64,000 nucleotides of DNA from an uncultured Anaerolineaceae bacterium (GTDB lineage Bacteria > Chloroflexota > Anaerolineae > Anaerolineales > DRMV01), in assembly GCA_964386185.1 (NCBI GenBank), contig CAYLRJ010000067.1, positions 949 to 64,948 of the forward strand, written 5' to 3'. Of the stretch, positions 30,631 to 39,737 are shown piece after piece. The first letter of the stretch is position 1; every line of letters starts with the position of its first letter. The notes below the pieces were generated by a model that was given only the letters and a program-made list of their open reading frames with translations, searched no databases and had not been told where the DNA came from. Position numbers and translations under genes: made by a program.

Positions 30631-30639
30631 GGAACAGCC

Positions 30640-32679
30640 ATGACCGCGCCCCGTGATGCCATCCATCAGGCTTTGACCGACGCGGCCCTGCAAGCCGCGC
30701 TGGACGCCAACGCACAGCGCCGCCGCACAGCTCGCGCCCGCGCCCATGCTTCCTTGCCCGAGCCCTGGGAAGTGTTGCGGAAGCGCGCCGCGCGTGTGCG
30801 GGATGAAATCCTGGCCCAGTGGGATGGGGTCTTTGCTCAGTTTGTCGGCAAGGCCCGCCAGAATGGCTTCCACGTCCATCTGGCTGCCACAGCCGAAGAA
30901 GCCCGAGCGATTGTGCTGCAAATCGTCAACGCCCAAGGGCCGGCCCCGCGCCGCATTGTCAAATCCAAATCTATGGTCACCGAAGAAATTGGCCTCAACG
31001 CGGCGCTGGAAGCCGCAGGGCACCACGTGGTCGAGACCGATTTGGGCGAATTCATCATTCAACTGCGCGGCGAACGCCCGGCTCACATCATCACCCCCGC
31101 GGTGCATCTGCGCCGTCAAGAAGTAGCCCAAACCTTCCATCAGAAATTGGGCATGCCCTACACCGAAGACGTGGAAGCCATGACCGCCACCGCGCGCCGT
31201 CACCTGCGAGAGGCTTTTCTCCAGGCCGATGTGGGCATCAGCGGCGTCAACTTTGGCATTGCCCAAACCGGCGGCCTCTGCATCGTCACCAACGAGGGCA
31301 ACGGCCGGATGGTCACCACCTTGCCGCGGGTGCATATTGCGGTGATGGGGGCGGAGCGCTTGGTGCGCACGCCGGCCGAATTGGCGCTGATGCTGGAATT
31401 GCTGCCGCGCTCGGCAACAGGGCAAGATTTGACGGTGTACACCTCCCTCATCCACGGCCCTCGCCGGCCCGGGGACCCCGACGGACCTCAAGAGCGCCAC
31501 TTGGTCATTGTAGATAACGGCCGCCGTCGCCTCTCCCAAACCCCGCTGGCCGACGCTTTGCGGTGCATTCGCTGTGGTGCTTGCCTCAATACGTGCCCGG
31601 TGTTCCAGGAAATCGGCGGGCATGCTTACCTTGGTCGCCACGGTGAGCCGACGCCCTACCCCGGCCCCATTGGGATTGTCATTTCGCCAGGGCTTTTTGG
31701 CGCCGAAACGTTTGGCAACTTGCCCTATTTGTGTACTTTGTGTGGCGCGTGCGCCGAGGCCTGCCCGGTCGAAGTGCCCCTGCCCGACTTGATTTTGCGG
31801 GCGCGAGCAGGGTTTGCGCCTCCCGGCCCTCCTTCGGCATCGGCCGAGCGCGAGGCCGCGTTCGGTGACGCGGGCGACGCACGGCAAGCCCACCGCCCCC
31901 CTTGGCGGGGCTTTTTGGCGCTCTATGCTTGGGTTGCGACCCGCCCGCGCCTTTTTGCCCTGGCCCGAGGGCTGATGCGCCCGGCGGCGCGGGTTTTGGC
32001 GCCCCTCACGCGCATTCCCTTCCTGCAAGGGGTCACCCGCCCGACGCCCCCGCCCCCCCAGCCTGCGCGTCGCACCTCCACCGAGGCGCCTGCGCCCCCG
32101 CGGCCTTCAGCACCAGAGGCCGCGCCTGCGGCGTTCCCCCGCACGCCCGAAGCCCTCACCCGCAAGTTCATCGCAGCCCTGACGGCCCTGCAGGGCGAAG
32201 TAATCACCGTTGCCGACGAGGAAGCCGCAGGGCAGGCCCTGGCCGCTTTCCTGCAAAGGGAAGGCCTGACCGAGGTGCTCTCGTGGGCGCCAGAACATTT
32301 GCCCGCCGCTGTGGTGACCGCACTGCGCGATGCCGGGGTTACGCTGGTGACGCCTGCTGGCGAGCCTCCCACCGCCGTCGCAAATTATCGTGTGGGCCTG
32401 ACCGCCGCCTTGGCAGGCATTGCCGCCACCGGTAGTTTGATCACCCCCGGCGGCGCCGGCCGCCCCCAAGTGGCTTCGCTCTTGCCAGAAATTCACCTCG
32501 CGGTGCTCCCCGCCAAGGCCATCGTGCCCGACCTGACCACAGCCTTGCAACTGCCGGCGGTGACTCGCTCGGCCATGACCAGCATCATCACAGGCCCTTC
32601 GCGCACCGCCGATATTGAAATGACCCTGACCATTGGGGTGCATGGGCCCAAGCGGGTGGTGGTGTTCTTGATAGAATAG
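30640..32679 (+). CDS. LutB-LutC fusion protein (LUD-domain iron-sulfur lactate-utilisation-type oxidoreductase)
   Basis: The N-terminal two-thirds is LutB-like, with two 4Fe-4S motifs 'CIRCGACLNTCP' and 'CTLCGACAEACP'. A Pro-rich linker follows, then a LutC/LUD domain ('GIAATGSL..', 'IITGPSRTADIE'). Confidence 0.85.
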   Translation: MTAPRDAIHQALTDAALQAALDANAQRRRTARARAHASLPEPWEVLRKRAARVRDEILAQWDGVFAQFVGKARQNGFHVHLAATAEEARAIVLQIVNAQGPAPRRIVKSKSMVTEEIGLNAALEAAGHHVVETDLGEFIIQLRGERPAHIITPAVHLRRQEVAQTFHQKLGMPYTEDVEAMTATARRHLREAFLQADVGISGVNFGIAQTGGLCIVTNEGNGRMVTTLPRVHIAVMGAERLVRTPAELALMLELLPRSATGQDLTVYTSLIHGPRRPGDPDGPQERHLVIVDNGRRRLSQTPLADALRCIRCGACLNTCPVFQEIGGHAYLGRHGEPTPYPGPIGIVISPGLFGAETFGNLPYLCTLCGACAEACPVEVPLPDLILRARAGFAPPGPPSASAEREAAFGDAGDARQAHRPPWRGFLALYAWVATRPRLFALARGLMRPAARVLAPLTRIPFLQGVTRPTPPPPQPARRTSTEAPAPPRPSAPEAAPAAFPRTPEALTRKFIAALTALQGEVITVADEEAAGQALAAFLQREGLTEVLSWAPEHLPAAVVTALRDAGVTLVTPAGEPPTAVANYRVGLTAALAGIAATGSLITPGGAGRPQVASLLPEIHLAVLPAKAIVPDLTTALQLPAVTRSAMTSIITGPSRTADIEMTLTIGVHGPKRVVVFLIE

Positions 32680-32685
32680 TGCCCC

Positions 32686-33276
32686 ATGACCACTGAGGAA
32701 CGCACCTACACCCTGACCGATCCGCTCACCGGCCGCCTTGTGCCCGTGGTGGTGCGCCGCGATCGGCGGCTGCGCAAAACCGTCCGCTGGGAACGCCGCG
32801 GCGATGGCCGCCTCGTGGTGCGCATGCCGGCTACCTTCCCCTGGCGGAGGGTGCCTTCCCTCCTCCAGGAGATCGAAGCCGAATGGGTGCAGCTGGCCGC
32901 CCGGGCGGCGCGGCGCACCGATGACGATTTGGCGCAGCGCGCCCGAGAGATTAATCGGCGCTATTTTGATGGCCAGGTCCATTGGGAGGCCATCCGTTGG
33001 GTCAGCAACATGGAAAAACGCCTGGGCAGCGTGACCTTGGGCGGAAAGACCCACGGCCACATTCGGATTTCTGATAAAATCCGCTCTTGGCCGCAGTGGG
33101 TGATTGATTATGTGATCGCCCATGAGTTTGTGCATCTGTTGCAGCCTTCAGAAGGCCATAGCGCCGTCTTTTGGCAGACGCTGCAGGCCCATTATCCCCT
33201 CACCGAACGCGCCCGTGGCTTCATTGCGGGTTATTTCTTTGCGCAGAACGCGCAGCCGGAGGACGATTTCTTATGA
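32686..33276 (+). CDS. YgjP-like (DUF45) M48-type metal-dependent hydrolase
   Basis: C-terminal 'WVIDYVIAHEFVHLLQPSEGHS' HEXXH motif in the DUF45 context. TGaTAGAAT lies 8 nt upstream of the ATG. Confidence 0.8.
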   Translation: MTTEERTYTLTDPLTGRLVPVVVRRDRRLRKTVRWERRGDGRLVVRMPATFPWRRVPSLLQEIEAEWVQLAARAARRTDDDLAQRAREINRRYFDGQVHWEAIRWVSNMEKRLGSVTLGGKTHGHIRISDKIRSWPQWVIDYVIAHEFVHLLQPSEGHSAVFWQTLQAHYPLTERARGFIAGYFFAQNAQPEDDFL

Positions 33277-33890
33277 CAAACCCTGCTCCCATCCGTGCCG
33301 TGGTGTTGGATTTCGGAGGTGTGCTGCTTCATTTAGGCGACCCGCAGCCGCATCAAGCCTTGGCCCAAGCGTTGCACATTCCGGTGGAAACCCTCCGCCA
33401 AGAGGTGTTTGATGGCCCGTTGAGCATTGCCGCCCAAAAGGGGGAAATCACCCCCGAAGAGCTATGGCGTCGTTTGGCGCAGCAATGGGGCTGGCCTGCT
33501 GAAAAAGGCCCCGAACTGGCCGAGCGTTTTTGGCAAGGAGTGCGTGTGGATACTGCCTTGGCCGATTGGCTGCGCAGTTTGCGCCCCACCTATCGCACCG
33601 CGTTGCTTTCCAACGCGTGGTTAGATTTACGCGATTTGCTTCACCAGTTGGGCATTGCCGATGCTTTTGACGTGATGGTCATTTCGGCAGAAGAGCGCTT
33701 GATGAAGCCTGACCCTCGCATCTATCGCCTGCTTTTGGAGCGCTTGGCTGTCTCGCCAGCGGAAGCCGTGTTTGTAGATGACCGGGAAGAAAACATCATC
33801 GCCGCCCGCAATGTGGGCATGCACGGCATCGTGTATCGCTCGCGCGACCAGGTGTTGGAGGCGTTGGCCCGTTTGGGCGTGACAACGTGA
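33273..33890 (+). CDS. HAD-superfamily hydrolase (subfamily IA)
   Basis: 'AVVLDFGGVL' (DxG motif I), 'LLSNA' (motif II), 'FVDDREENI' (motif IV). ATG 33273 forms an ATGA overlap with the upstream stop; the track's longer start lies inside the upstream gene. Confidence 0.85.
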   Translation: MTNPAPIRAVVLDFGGVLLHLGDPQPHQALAQALHIPVETLRQEVFDGPLSIAAQKGEITPEELWRRLAQQWGWPAEKGPELAERFWQGVRVDTALADWLRSLRPTYRTALLSNAWLDLRDLLHQLGIADAFDVMVISAEERLMKPDPRIYRLLLERLAVSPAEAVFVDDREENIIAARNVGMHGIVYRSRDQVLEALARLGVTT

Positions 33891-33985
33891 TGGCCATTCG
33901 GCATGGGGGCGGGTAGCGAGGCGTGCTACCGTCCCCTTGGCGGCTTGTTCCTGGTTTTGCTTGTTTGGTTGCTGGTTTGTGAGAG

Positions 33986-35359
33986 GTGCCCATGTTTTGG
34001 AACTTTGTGTTGATGTTTGCGCTGATTGCCTTGAATGGCTTTTTCGTGTCGGTGGAATTTGCCGCGGTAGCCGCGCGGCGCCACCGGATTGAGGTGATGG
34101 CCAAAGAAGGCTCGCGGAGCGCCCAAATCGTATGGCGTTGGCTCGAAAGCCCGGCCGCACGCGACCATCTCATCGCGGCCACGCAATTGGGCATCACCAT
34201 TGTCAGCCTGGCTTTGGGTGCCGTGGGCGAAAAAGCCTTTGCTGCCATGCTGGAGCCGTTGTTCCACGGCCGCGAACTGCCTGCGGGGCTGGAGTTTGTG
34301 GAGCGTATTTTGCCCAGCCTGCCTTTGTTGCTCTCGCTGACCATTGTGACCAGTTTCCATGTCGTCTTGGGTGAGCAAGTGCCCAAGGTCGCGACCTTGC
34401 GTTCGCCCGAAAAATTTGCCTTGCGGGCGGCTTACCCGATGATGCTGTTTGAGACCACCTTCCGCTGGTTTGTGGACGCGTTGGACTGGGCAACCCGCTT
34501 TACTTTGCGTTTGCTGGGCATTGAGGAAACCGACGTCCACGGCTCTCACCTGACCGTGGAAGAACTCAAACAAATCGTTTCCGAAAGCGAAGAGAGCGGC
34601 CTCTTGGCCGAAAGCGGCGGCATGTTGACAGCAGTGTTGGATTTTGGCGAGTTGCTGGTGCGGCAGGTGATGGTCCCTCGGCCTGAAATCATCGCGGTCA
34701 AAGCCGACATGCCGCTCTCGGAGGTGATTCCCCTTTTTTCGGAACACGCGGTCACCAAATTCCCCGTGTATGAGGGCGATTTGGACGATATTTTGGGCAT
34801 CTTGCACATCAAAGACGTGGTGCGGTTTTTTGGCACCCCCGACTTTGAGCAAAAGCAAGCCCGCGAAATTGCCCGCGAAGCGCTTTTTGTGCCTGAGACC
34901 CTGCCGGTCATCGAGGTGTTGCGCCGTTTTCGGGAAACGCGCCGCCATATTGCCATTGTGGTGGATGAATACGGTGGCACGGCGGGGCTGGTGACCCTGG
35001 AAGACCTTTTGGAAGAGATTGTGGGCGAAGTCAGTGACCCCTTTGACGAAGAGACCCCTGAAATTGAAATCCTCGCGGACGGCACGGCCATTGTAGATGG
35101 GCGCACGTTGTTGGAAGACGTCAACGAAACTCTGGATGTGGATCTCACCACGCCCTATTACGACACCATCGCAGGTTTTGTGTTGGATCGTTTAGGGCGC
35201 ATCCCTGAGGTGGGCGATGTCATTGAAGAAGAGGGGGTGCGTCTGACGGTCTTGGCGATGGATGGCTTGCGGGTGTCTCGCCTCAAAATCGAGCGTTTGG
35301 AAGCCCCGTCTTCTGATGGCCCCCTCTCGGATGACGCGCCTGCCGCGGAGGCTTCTTGA
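33986..35359 (+). CDS. CNNM/TlyC/CorC-family transporter-associated protein (DUF21-CBS pair-CorC_HlyC)
   Basis: N-terminal DUF21 ('LNGFFVSVEFAAVAARR'), a CBS pair, and C-terminal 'HIAIVVDEYGGTAGLVTLEDLLEEIVGE'. Confidence 0.9.
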   Translation: MPMFWNFVLMFALIALNGFFVSVEFAAVAARRHRIEVMAKEGSRSAQIVWRWLESPAARDHLIAATQLGITIVSLALGAVGEKAFAAMLEPLFHGRELPAGLEFVERILPSLPLLLSLTIVTSFHVVLGEQVPKVATLRSPEKFALRAAYPMMLFETTFRWFVDALDWATRFTLRLLGIEETDVHGSHLTVEELKQIVSESEESGLLAESGGMLTAVLDFGELLVRQVMVPRPEIIAVKADMPLSEVIPLFSEHAVTKFPVYEGDLDDILGILHIKDVVRFFGTPDFEQKQAREIAREALFVPETLPVIEVLRRFRETRRHIAIVVDEYGGTAGLVTLEDLLEEIVGEVSDPFDEETPEIEILADGTAIVDGRTLLEDVNETLDVDLTTPYYDTIAGFVLDRLGRIPEVGDVIEEEGVRLTVLAMDGLRVSRLKIERLEAPSSDGPLSDDAPAAEAS

Positions 35360-35415
35360 GCCGCGGCGGGCCTTGGCCGCCCGGGGCAAAGGCGCGCCGT
35401 GCGGTGAGGATACGT

Positions 35416-35439
35416 GCCGCCCGCAGGCGGCCTTGTTTT
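35416..35439 (+). terminator. Possible intrinsic terminator after the CNNM gene
   Basis: GCCGCC-cgca-GGCGGC followed by cttgtttt. Its position argues for the priA start at 35459 rather than 35414. Confidence 0.4.
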
Positions 35440-35458
35440 GAACCGTGAGCCTTGGGAA

Positions 35459-37996
35459 ATGACCGTGACCTTTGTGGAAGTTGTCGTTCACCAGCCCCAG
35501 GTGCAGGGGGTGTTTCACTACCATGTGCCCGAAGACCTGCGCGAAGCGGTGCAGCCAGGTGTGATTGTTGAGGTGCCCTTTGGGTCGCGGTATGTGTATG
35601 GGGTGGTGTTGCGTTTCATTGAGCAGCCCGACGTGCCCGAGACCAAACCCGTGCTCGCGGTGCCCGATGCGTCCGTTCGGCTGACGGCCTTGCAGCTGCA
35701 GCTGGCGCAGCGCATGGCGCACGACACGCTGGCGTCGCTCGCAGCGTGTGTGGCGTTGATGGCGCCGCCAGGGGTGCTTCAAACGGCCGATAGCCGTTAT
35801 GCGCTGACGCCCCAAGCGCCTGCGCCTGATGCGCTCCCCGCAGATTTGAGCGACACCGAGCGGCGGGTGTTGACCTTGTTGGCGGAGCGAGGCGCGCTGC
35901 GCGGGCGCCAACTGGCCCGTGCGTTGCCGCGACGCAACTGGCGAAACGCGGTGACCCGTCTGCATCGGCGGGGCTGGCTCGCGCGCACCCCGGTGTTGCC
36001 CCGCCCCAAAGTCTCTCGGCAATATGAGGCCATGGTGCGGTTGGCGGTTTCCCCTGCGGACGCGCGACATTGGCCTGCCGCGCGGCTTGCCACCCGCCCC
36101 CATGTGCAGGCCCGTCGCCGTCAGGTGCTGGAAGCCCTCGCCTCGGGCGGCCCGCAGCCCGAGCGCCTGTTGGCCGCCGTGGTGGAGGCGAAGCCCGCTG
36201 ATTTCCAGGCCCTGGAGAAGTTGGGCTTGATCCAACGCTATCGGGAACCCCGCTATCGGGACCCCTTGGCCGATTTCGTAGCCCCTGCCCCCGAAACCCC
36301 GCCCGCCCTCACACCCGCCCAGGCGCGCGCGTGGGACATCATCCGCCCGCGGTTGCAAGAGGCCGCCCAGGGCCAACCGCCCACCCCAATTTTGTTACAC
36401 GGCGTCACCGGCAGCGGGAAAACCGAAATCTACCTGCGTGCTACGGCCGAGGCCCTGGCTTTGGGGCGGCAGGTGGTCGTCTTGGTGCCTGAAATTGCCC
36501 TCACCCCGCAGACCATTCGCCGATTTCGCGCCCGTTTCGGGCCTGTGGTGGGGGTGTTGCATTCGGGGTTGAGTTTAGGTGAGCGTTACGATACTTGGCT
36601 GCGGGTGCGGCGAGGCGACATTCGGGTGCTCATTGGGCCGCGCAGCGCGTTGTTTGCCCCGTTTTCCAATTTGGGGCTCATCGTCGTGGATGAGTGTCAC
36701 GAAGAGGCCTACTTCAACGAGCGTTTGCCTTTCTACCACGCCCGTGACGTGGCCTTGGCATATGGCGAAATGGCCTCTGCAGCAGTGATTTTGGGAACGG
36801 CCACCCCCGACGTGGTGACCTACGCCCGAGCCCAAGCCGGCAAGATCACCCTTTTGGAACTGCCGCGCCGCGTCTTGGCGCATCGGCGCCTCGTGGCGGC
36901 GCAGGTTGAAAAAACCGGCCGCATGGCCGACCAAACCTTTGCCCCCGCGGGCGGTGACGCGTGGGCGGCTTCCCTGCCGCCTGTGCAGGTGGTGGATATG
37001 CGCGCAGAGCTGCGGGCTGGGCAGCGTGGCATCTTCAGCCGCCCCCTTTTGCAAGCGCTGGGAGAGGTTTTGCAACGGGGCGAACAGGCCATCCTTTTCC
37101 TCAACCGCCGTGGCAGCGCCACCTATGTCTTTTGCCGAGATTGCGGCCACGTCATGCGTTGCCCGCGCTGCGACCTTCCCTTGACCTATCATCAAGGGGA
37201 AGGCGCATTGCTCTGCCACCATTGCGGCTATCGGCGCAAGATGCCTGCGCGCTGCCCCGCATGTGGTGGCGAGCGTCTGCGCCCTTATGGCGCGGGAACC
37301 GAGCGGGTGGAAGCCGAAGTGCTGCGGCATTTCCCGCACGCACGCACCCTGCGTTGGGATGCCGATACCACCAGCGCCAAGGGCGGCCATGAGGCCATTT
37401 TGGGACATTTTGTCTCGCGGCAGGCCGACGTGCTCATCGGCACCCAAATGTTGGCCAAAGGGTTGGATTTGCCATTCGTGACCTTGGTAGGGATTGTTTT
37501 GGCTGACGTCGGTTTGACATTGCCCGATTATCGGGCTGCGGAGCGGGGTTTTCAGCTGTTGGTGCAGGTCGCAGGCCGGGCGGGGCGCAGCCCGTTGGGC
37601 GGGCGGGTGGTGTTGCAGACCTACATGCCGGAGCATTATGCCATTCGCGCGGCAGCCGGGCATGATTTTGCCGGCTTTTACCAGCAGGAGTTGGCCGTGC
37701 GACGAAAGTTAGGATACCCTCCCTACGCTCGGTTGGTACGCCTGCGCCTGCGCGATTGGCGCGCCGAGCGCGTGCGTCGCGAGGCCGAGGCCATGAAGGC
37801 CAAGGTGCAGACCTGGCTTCGCGAGGGTGGGCACGTGGCCACCCAAATCATCGGCCCTGCACCGTGTTTTTATGCCCGTGAGGGGGGGCGCTATTGTTGG
37901 CATTTGATTCTCAGGGGGCCTCGGCCGGAAGACATCTTGCGGGGCCGTGCTTTGGGCGAGTGGGAAGTCATCGTAAATCCCCCGACGCTGTTGTAG
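35459..37996 (+). CDS. priA: Primosomal protein N' (replication restart helicase PriA)
   Basis: 'FHYHVP' 3'-BD start, Walker A 'GVTGSGKT', 'VVDECHE', and Cys-rich zinc region 'CRDCGHVMRCPRCDLPLTYH..LLCHHCGY..CPACGG'. Confidence 0.92.
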   Translation: MTVTFVEVVVHQPQVQGVFHYHVPEDLREAVQPGVIVEVPFGSRYVYGVVLRFIEQPDVPETKPVLAVPDASVRLTALQLQLAQRMAHDTLASLAACVALMAPPGVLQTADSRYALTPQAPAPDALPADLSDTERRVLTLLAERGALRGRQLARALPRRNWRNAVTRLHRRGWLARTPVLPRPKVSRQYEAMVRLAVSPADARHWPAARLATRPHVQARRRQVLEALASGGPQPERLLAAVVEAKPADFQALEKLGLIQRYREPRYRDPLADFVAPAPETPPALTPAQARAWDIIRPRLQEAAQGQPPTPILLHGVTGSGKTEIYLRATAEALALGRQVVVLVPEIALTPQTIRRFRARFGPVVGVLHSGLSLGERYDTWLRVRRGDIRVLIGPRSALFAPFSNLGLIVVDECHEEAYFNERLPFYHARDVALAYGEMASAAVILGTATPDVVTYARAQAGKITLLELPRRVLAHRRLVAAQVEKTGRMADQTFAPAGGDAWAASLPPVQVVDMRAELRAGQRGIFSRPLLQALGEVLQRGEQAILFLNRRGSATYVFCRDCGHVMRCPRCDLPLTYHQGEGALLCHHCGYRRKMPARCPACGGERLRPYGAGTERVEAEVLRHFPHARTLRWDADTTSAKGGHEAILGHFVSRQADVLIGTQMLAKGLDLPFVTLVGIVLADVGLTLPDYRAAERGFQLLVQVAGRAGRSPLGGRVVLQTYMPEHYAIRAAAGHDFAGFYQQELAVRRKLGYPPYARLVRLRLRDWRAERVRREAEAMKAKVQTWLREGGHVATQIIGPAPCFYAREGGRYCWHLILRGPRPEDILRGRALGEWEVIVNPPTLL

Positions 37997-38086
37997 CTGA
38001 GGGCGCGCTGGGCGGAGAGCAACGCGGGCGCGCGAACTGGCTGGGAAAAGGGCCACCCGTGCGTTCAGGCGCGCCCGGGCTTAAAG

Positions 38087-38116
38087 GCAAAACCCCTCAC
38101 CGCGGGGTGTGGGGTT
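38087..38116 (-). terminator. Intrinsic terminator of the Thx gene (hairpin shared with convergent priA)
   Basis: AACCCCTCACC-gcgg-GGTGTGGGGTT (10/11 bp). An A-run on the plus-strand 5' side gives a U-tract on the minus strand. Lies immediately downstream of the stop at 38126. Confidence 0.5.
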
Positions 38117-38125
38117 GCCAGATGC

Positions 38126-38230
38126 TCACTCGGCCTGTTTTTTGGCCTTTTTCTTGGGCTTGGGGCGGGTCTTGCCGTGGGTGCCCCGCCAAATCTTGCC
38201 GCGTCGGGTGCGGCGATCTCCTTTGCCCAT
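38126..38230 (-). CDS. 30S ribosomal protein Thx (34 aa; below ORF-track size cut-off)
   Basis: Minus-strand translation is [34 protein letters not shown]. It is near-identical over the first 20 residues to Thermus Thx ([20 protein letters not shown]..). GGAGGTG SD lies 7 nt upstream. The gene has its own promoter-like element and terminator. Confidence 0.9.
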   Translation of the reverse strand: MGKGDRRTRRGKIWRGTHGKTRPKPKKKAKKQAE

Positions 38231-38265
38231 GACGACACCTCCTGAAACAGGGGAGTATCGGCGCT

Positions 38266-38274
38266 ATTATAACA
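38266..38274 (-). promoter_or_regulatory. Extended -10 element (TGtTATAAT) for the Thx gene
   Basis: The reverse complement of 38266-38274 is TGTTATAAT, about 35 nt upstream of the Thx ATG. Confidence 0.5.
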
Positions 38275-38319
38275 TGGGGTGGCTTCGGGCGCGGCGCGTG
38301 TAAGGGTGCGGCAGGCCTT

Positions 38320-38850
38320 TTAGCGGCCTTCCAGGTAAGGGAGGGCCAGCATGAGGGCAGCCAAGGTTTTGGCATCTTGCAGTTGGTCGCGGCGCGCCAA
38401 GGCGAGCACTTCATCCAGGGGGAGGGCGACGGGTTCCAGAATTTCGTCGGCGTCGGGTGGCAAGGGCGCGGGCGTGAGGCCGGTGGCAAGGTAAACGTGC
38501 ATGTATTCGGTGGAATAGCCCGGCGCCAGGTAGAAGCGCCCCAGCAGCTGCAGGTTTTCGGCTGCCAGGCCGATTTCTTCCCGAATTTCGCGGGCCGCGC
38601 AGGCTTGCGGGTCTTCGTTGGGCTCCAGGGTGCCGGCCGGGAATTCCAACAGCGTGGTGCCCGCGGCGTGGCGGTATTGCCGCACGAACCAAAGCCGCCC
38701 TTCTGCATCCCACGGCACCAGCGTCACCGCACCGTGGTGGGTGATGATGTCCAGCGCGGTTGAGCGCCCGTTGGGTAAGCGCACCCAATCCCGGCGCACA
38801 TCAAAAACTCGGCCTTGAAAGACCTTTTCTGAGCGTTCGACGGTGAACAT
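38320..38850 (-). CDS. NUDIX hydrolase (ADP-ribose pyrophosphatase-like)
   Basis: Nudix box 'GTLEPNEDPQACAAREIREEIGL'. ATG 38850 (MFTVERSEKVF..) has an AGGAG SD; the track start 38898 lies upstream of that SD. Confidence 0.85.
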   Translation of the reverse strand: MFTVERSEKVFQGRVFDVRRDWVRLPNGRSTALDIITHHGAVTLVPWDAEGRLWFVRQYRHAAGTTLLEFPAGTLEPNEDPQACAAREIREEIGLAAENLQLLGRFYLAPGYSTEYMHVYLATGLTPAPLPPDADEILEPVALPLDEVLALARRDQLQDAKTLAALMLALPYLEGR

Positions 38851-38922
38851 GAGGTGGCTCCTAAAAAGGTGAAAGGGTGCTGCACGTGCGTACAGCACCC
38901 TTGGAGAGCGGCAGACAAAAGT

Positions 38923-39591
38923 TTAGGGGATTTGCAACGTTTGGCCGGGCGTCAGCGTTGCGTCGAGGCTGAGGTTGTTGGCGGCTGCAATGGCCTCGGG
39001 CCAGACGTCGCCGAATTTGCAGGCGATGCTGTAGAGGGTGTCGCCGTATTGGACGACGTAGGTGGTGGGGTGAGCCCGCAGCGCCCGCTGATAGGGGAAG
39101 GGGTTGGCGTTGGTCGGGATGGTCAGGGTTTTACCCGGATAGACGATTTGCCCGCGCGCCAGCCCATTGGCCCGCAGCAAGGCGTCGGGGTCAATGTTGA
39201 AGCGCCGCGCCAAGCAGTAGGGGAACTCGCCTTCGTGGAGGGTGTAAGTGGAAGGCACGGTGGTGGCGATGGGTGTGGCCGCGCTGCCCGTGGTCGTGAT
39301 GGGCTTGGGCGTGGCCGTGGGTATCGGCGTCGGCCGCGGGGTGGGCATCAGCGTCGCCAGTGGGATGGGCGTGGGCTGAGGCGCGGCTTCCCCGCCGCCG
39401 GTTTGCGGGGGCATGGCCACCGCAGTTTGCGTTGCGCTAATGTTGGCAACGCCGGTGGGAACGGGGGTGGGAAATTCGTTCATCCCCGCGGTAGGTGTCG
39501 GAGGCATTGCGCCGCTGGCAGAGCGTGTACACGCCCCCAACACGAGTGCGAATACCAGCGCAAGTATCATCCAAAGGGCATATTTTTTCAT
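38923..39591 (-). CDS. Lipoprotein with two LysM peptidoglycan-binding domains
   Basis: Lipobox signal 'MKKYALWMILALVFALVLGAC' and a Pro/Thr-rich linker. Two LysM units ('YTLHEGEFPYCLARRFNIDPDALLRANGL..GKTLTIP' and 'YVVQYGDTLYSIACKFG..LTPGQTLQIP'). AAGGAGAGG SD. Confidence 0.85.
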   Translation of the reverse strand: MKKYALWMILALVFALVLGACTRSASGAMPPTPTAGMNEFPTPVPTGVANISATQTAVAMPPQTGGGEAAPQPTPIPLATLMPTPRPTPIPTATPKPITTTGSAATPIATTVPSTYTLHEGEFPYCLARRFNIDPDALLRANGLARGQIVYPGKTLTIPTNANPFPYQRALRAHPTTYVVQYGDTLYSIACKFGDVWPEAIAAANNLSLDATLTPGQTLQIP

Positions 39592-39685
39592 CACAACCTC
39601 TCCTTGCATGAAAATAAGCAACGGCCTCGTTTCACCTACTTGCGACACCGATACCTGTGGCGTGGGCTACACATGTGCCATGCTA

Positions 39686-39714
39686 AGATTAGCATACGCG
39701 CTTTTGAAAGTCAA
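39686..39714 (-). promoter_or_regulatory. Sigma-70-type promoter for the LysM lipoprotein gene
   Basis: The minus strand reads TTGACT (39714-39709), 17-nt spacer, TGcTAATCT (39694-39686). This leaves a 5' UTR of about 90 nt. Confidence 0.4.
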
Positions 39715-39737
39715 GCGGACTGATGGGGGAGGCCGTT

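Noticed and set aside
30538-32028. 496-aa minus-strand ORF, plus similar long minus or alternative-frame ORFs (25836-26918, 32107-33135, 33926-34948, 35192-36376, 36575-37663, 57774-58652, 58883-60595, 15378-16397, 64-864)
   Set aside because: Each is antisense to or out of frame with a gene that has unambiguous homology (lutBC, gyrB, ygjP/HAD, CNNM, priA, dnaA, SBP, the STAND regulator, the kinase). All have Arg/Gly/His-rich composition of a non-coding type.
39592-39685. Possible ydaO-type c-di-AMP riboswitch in the roughly 90-nt leader of the LysM cell-wall gene. This would have been attractive given the DarA-fusion antiporter.
   Set aside because: I could not find the conserved ydaO core sequences or its pseudo-two-fold architecture, and the leader is shorter than the usual 120-150 nt. 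An Infernal scan would be needed to revisit this.
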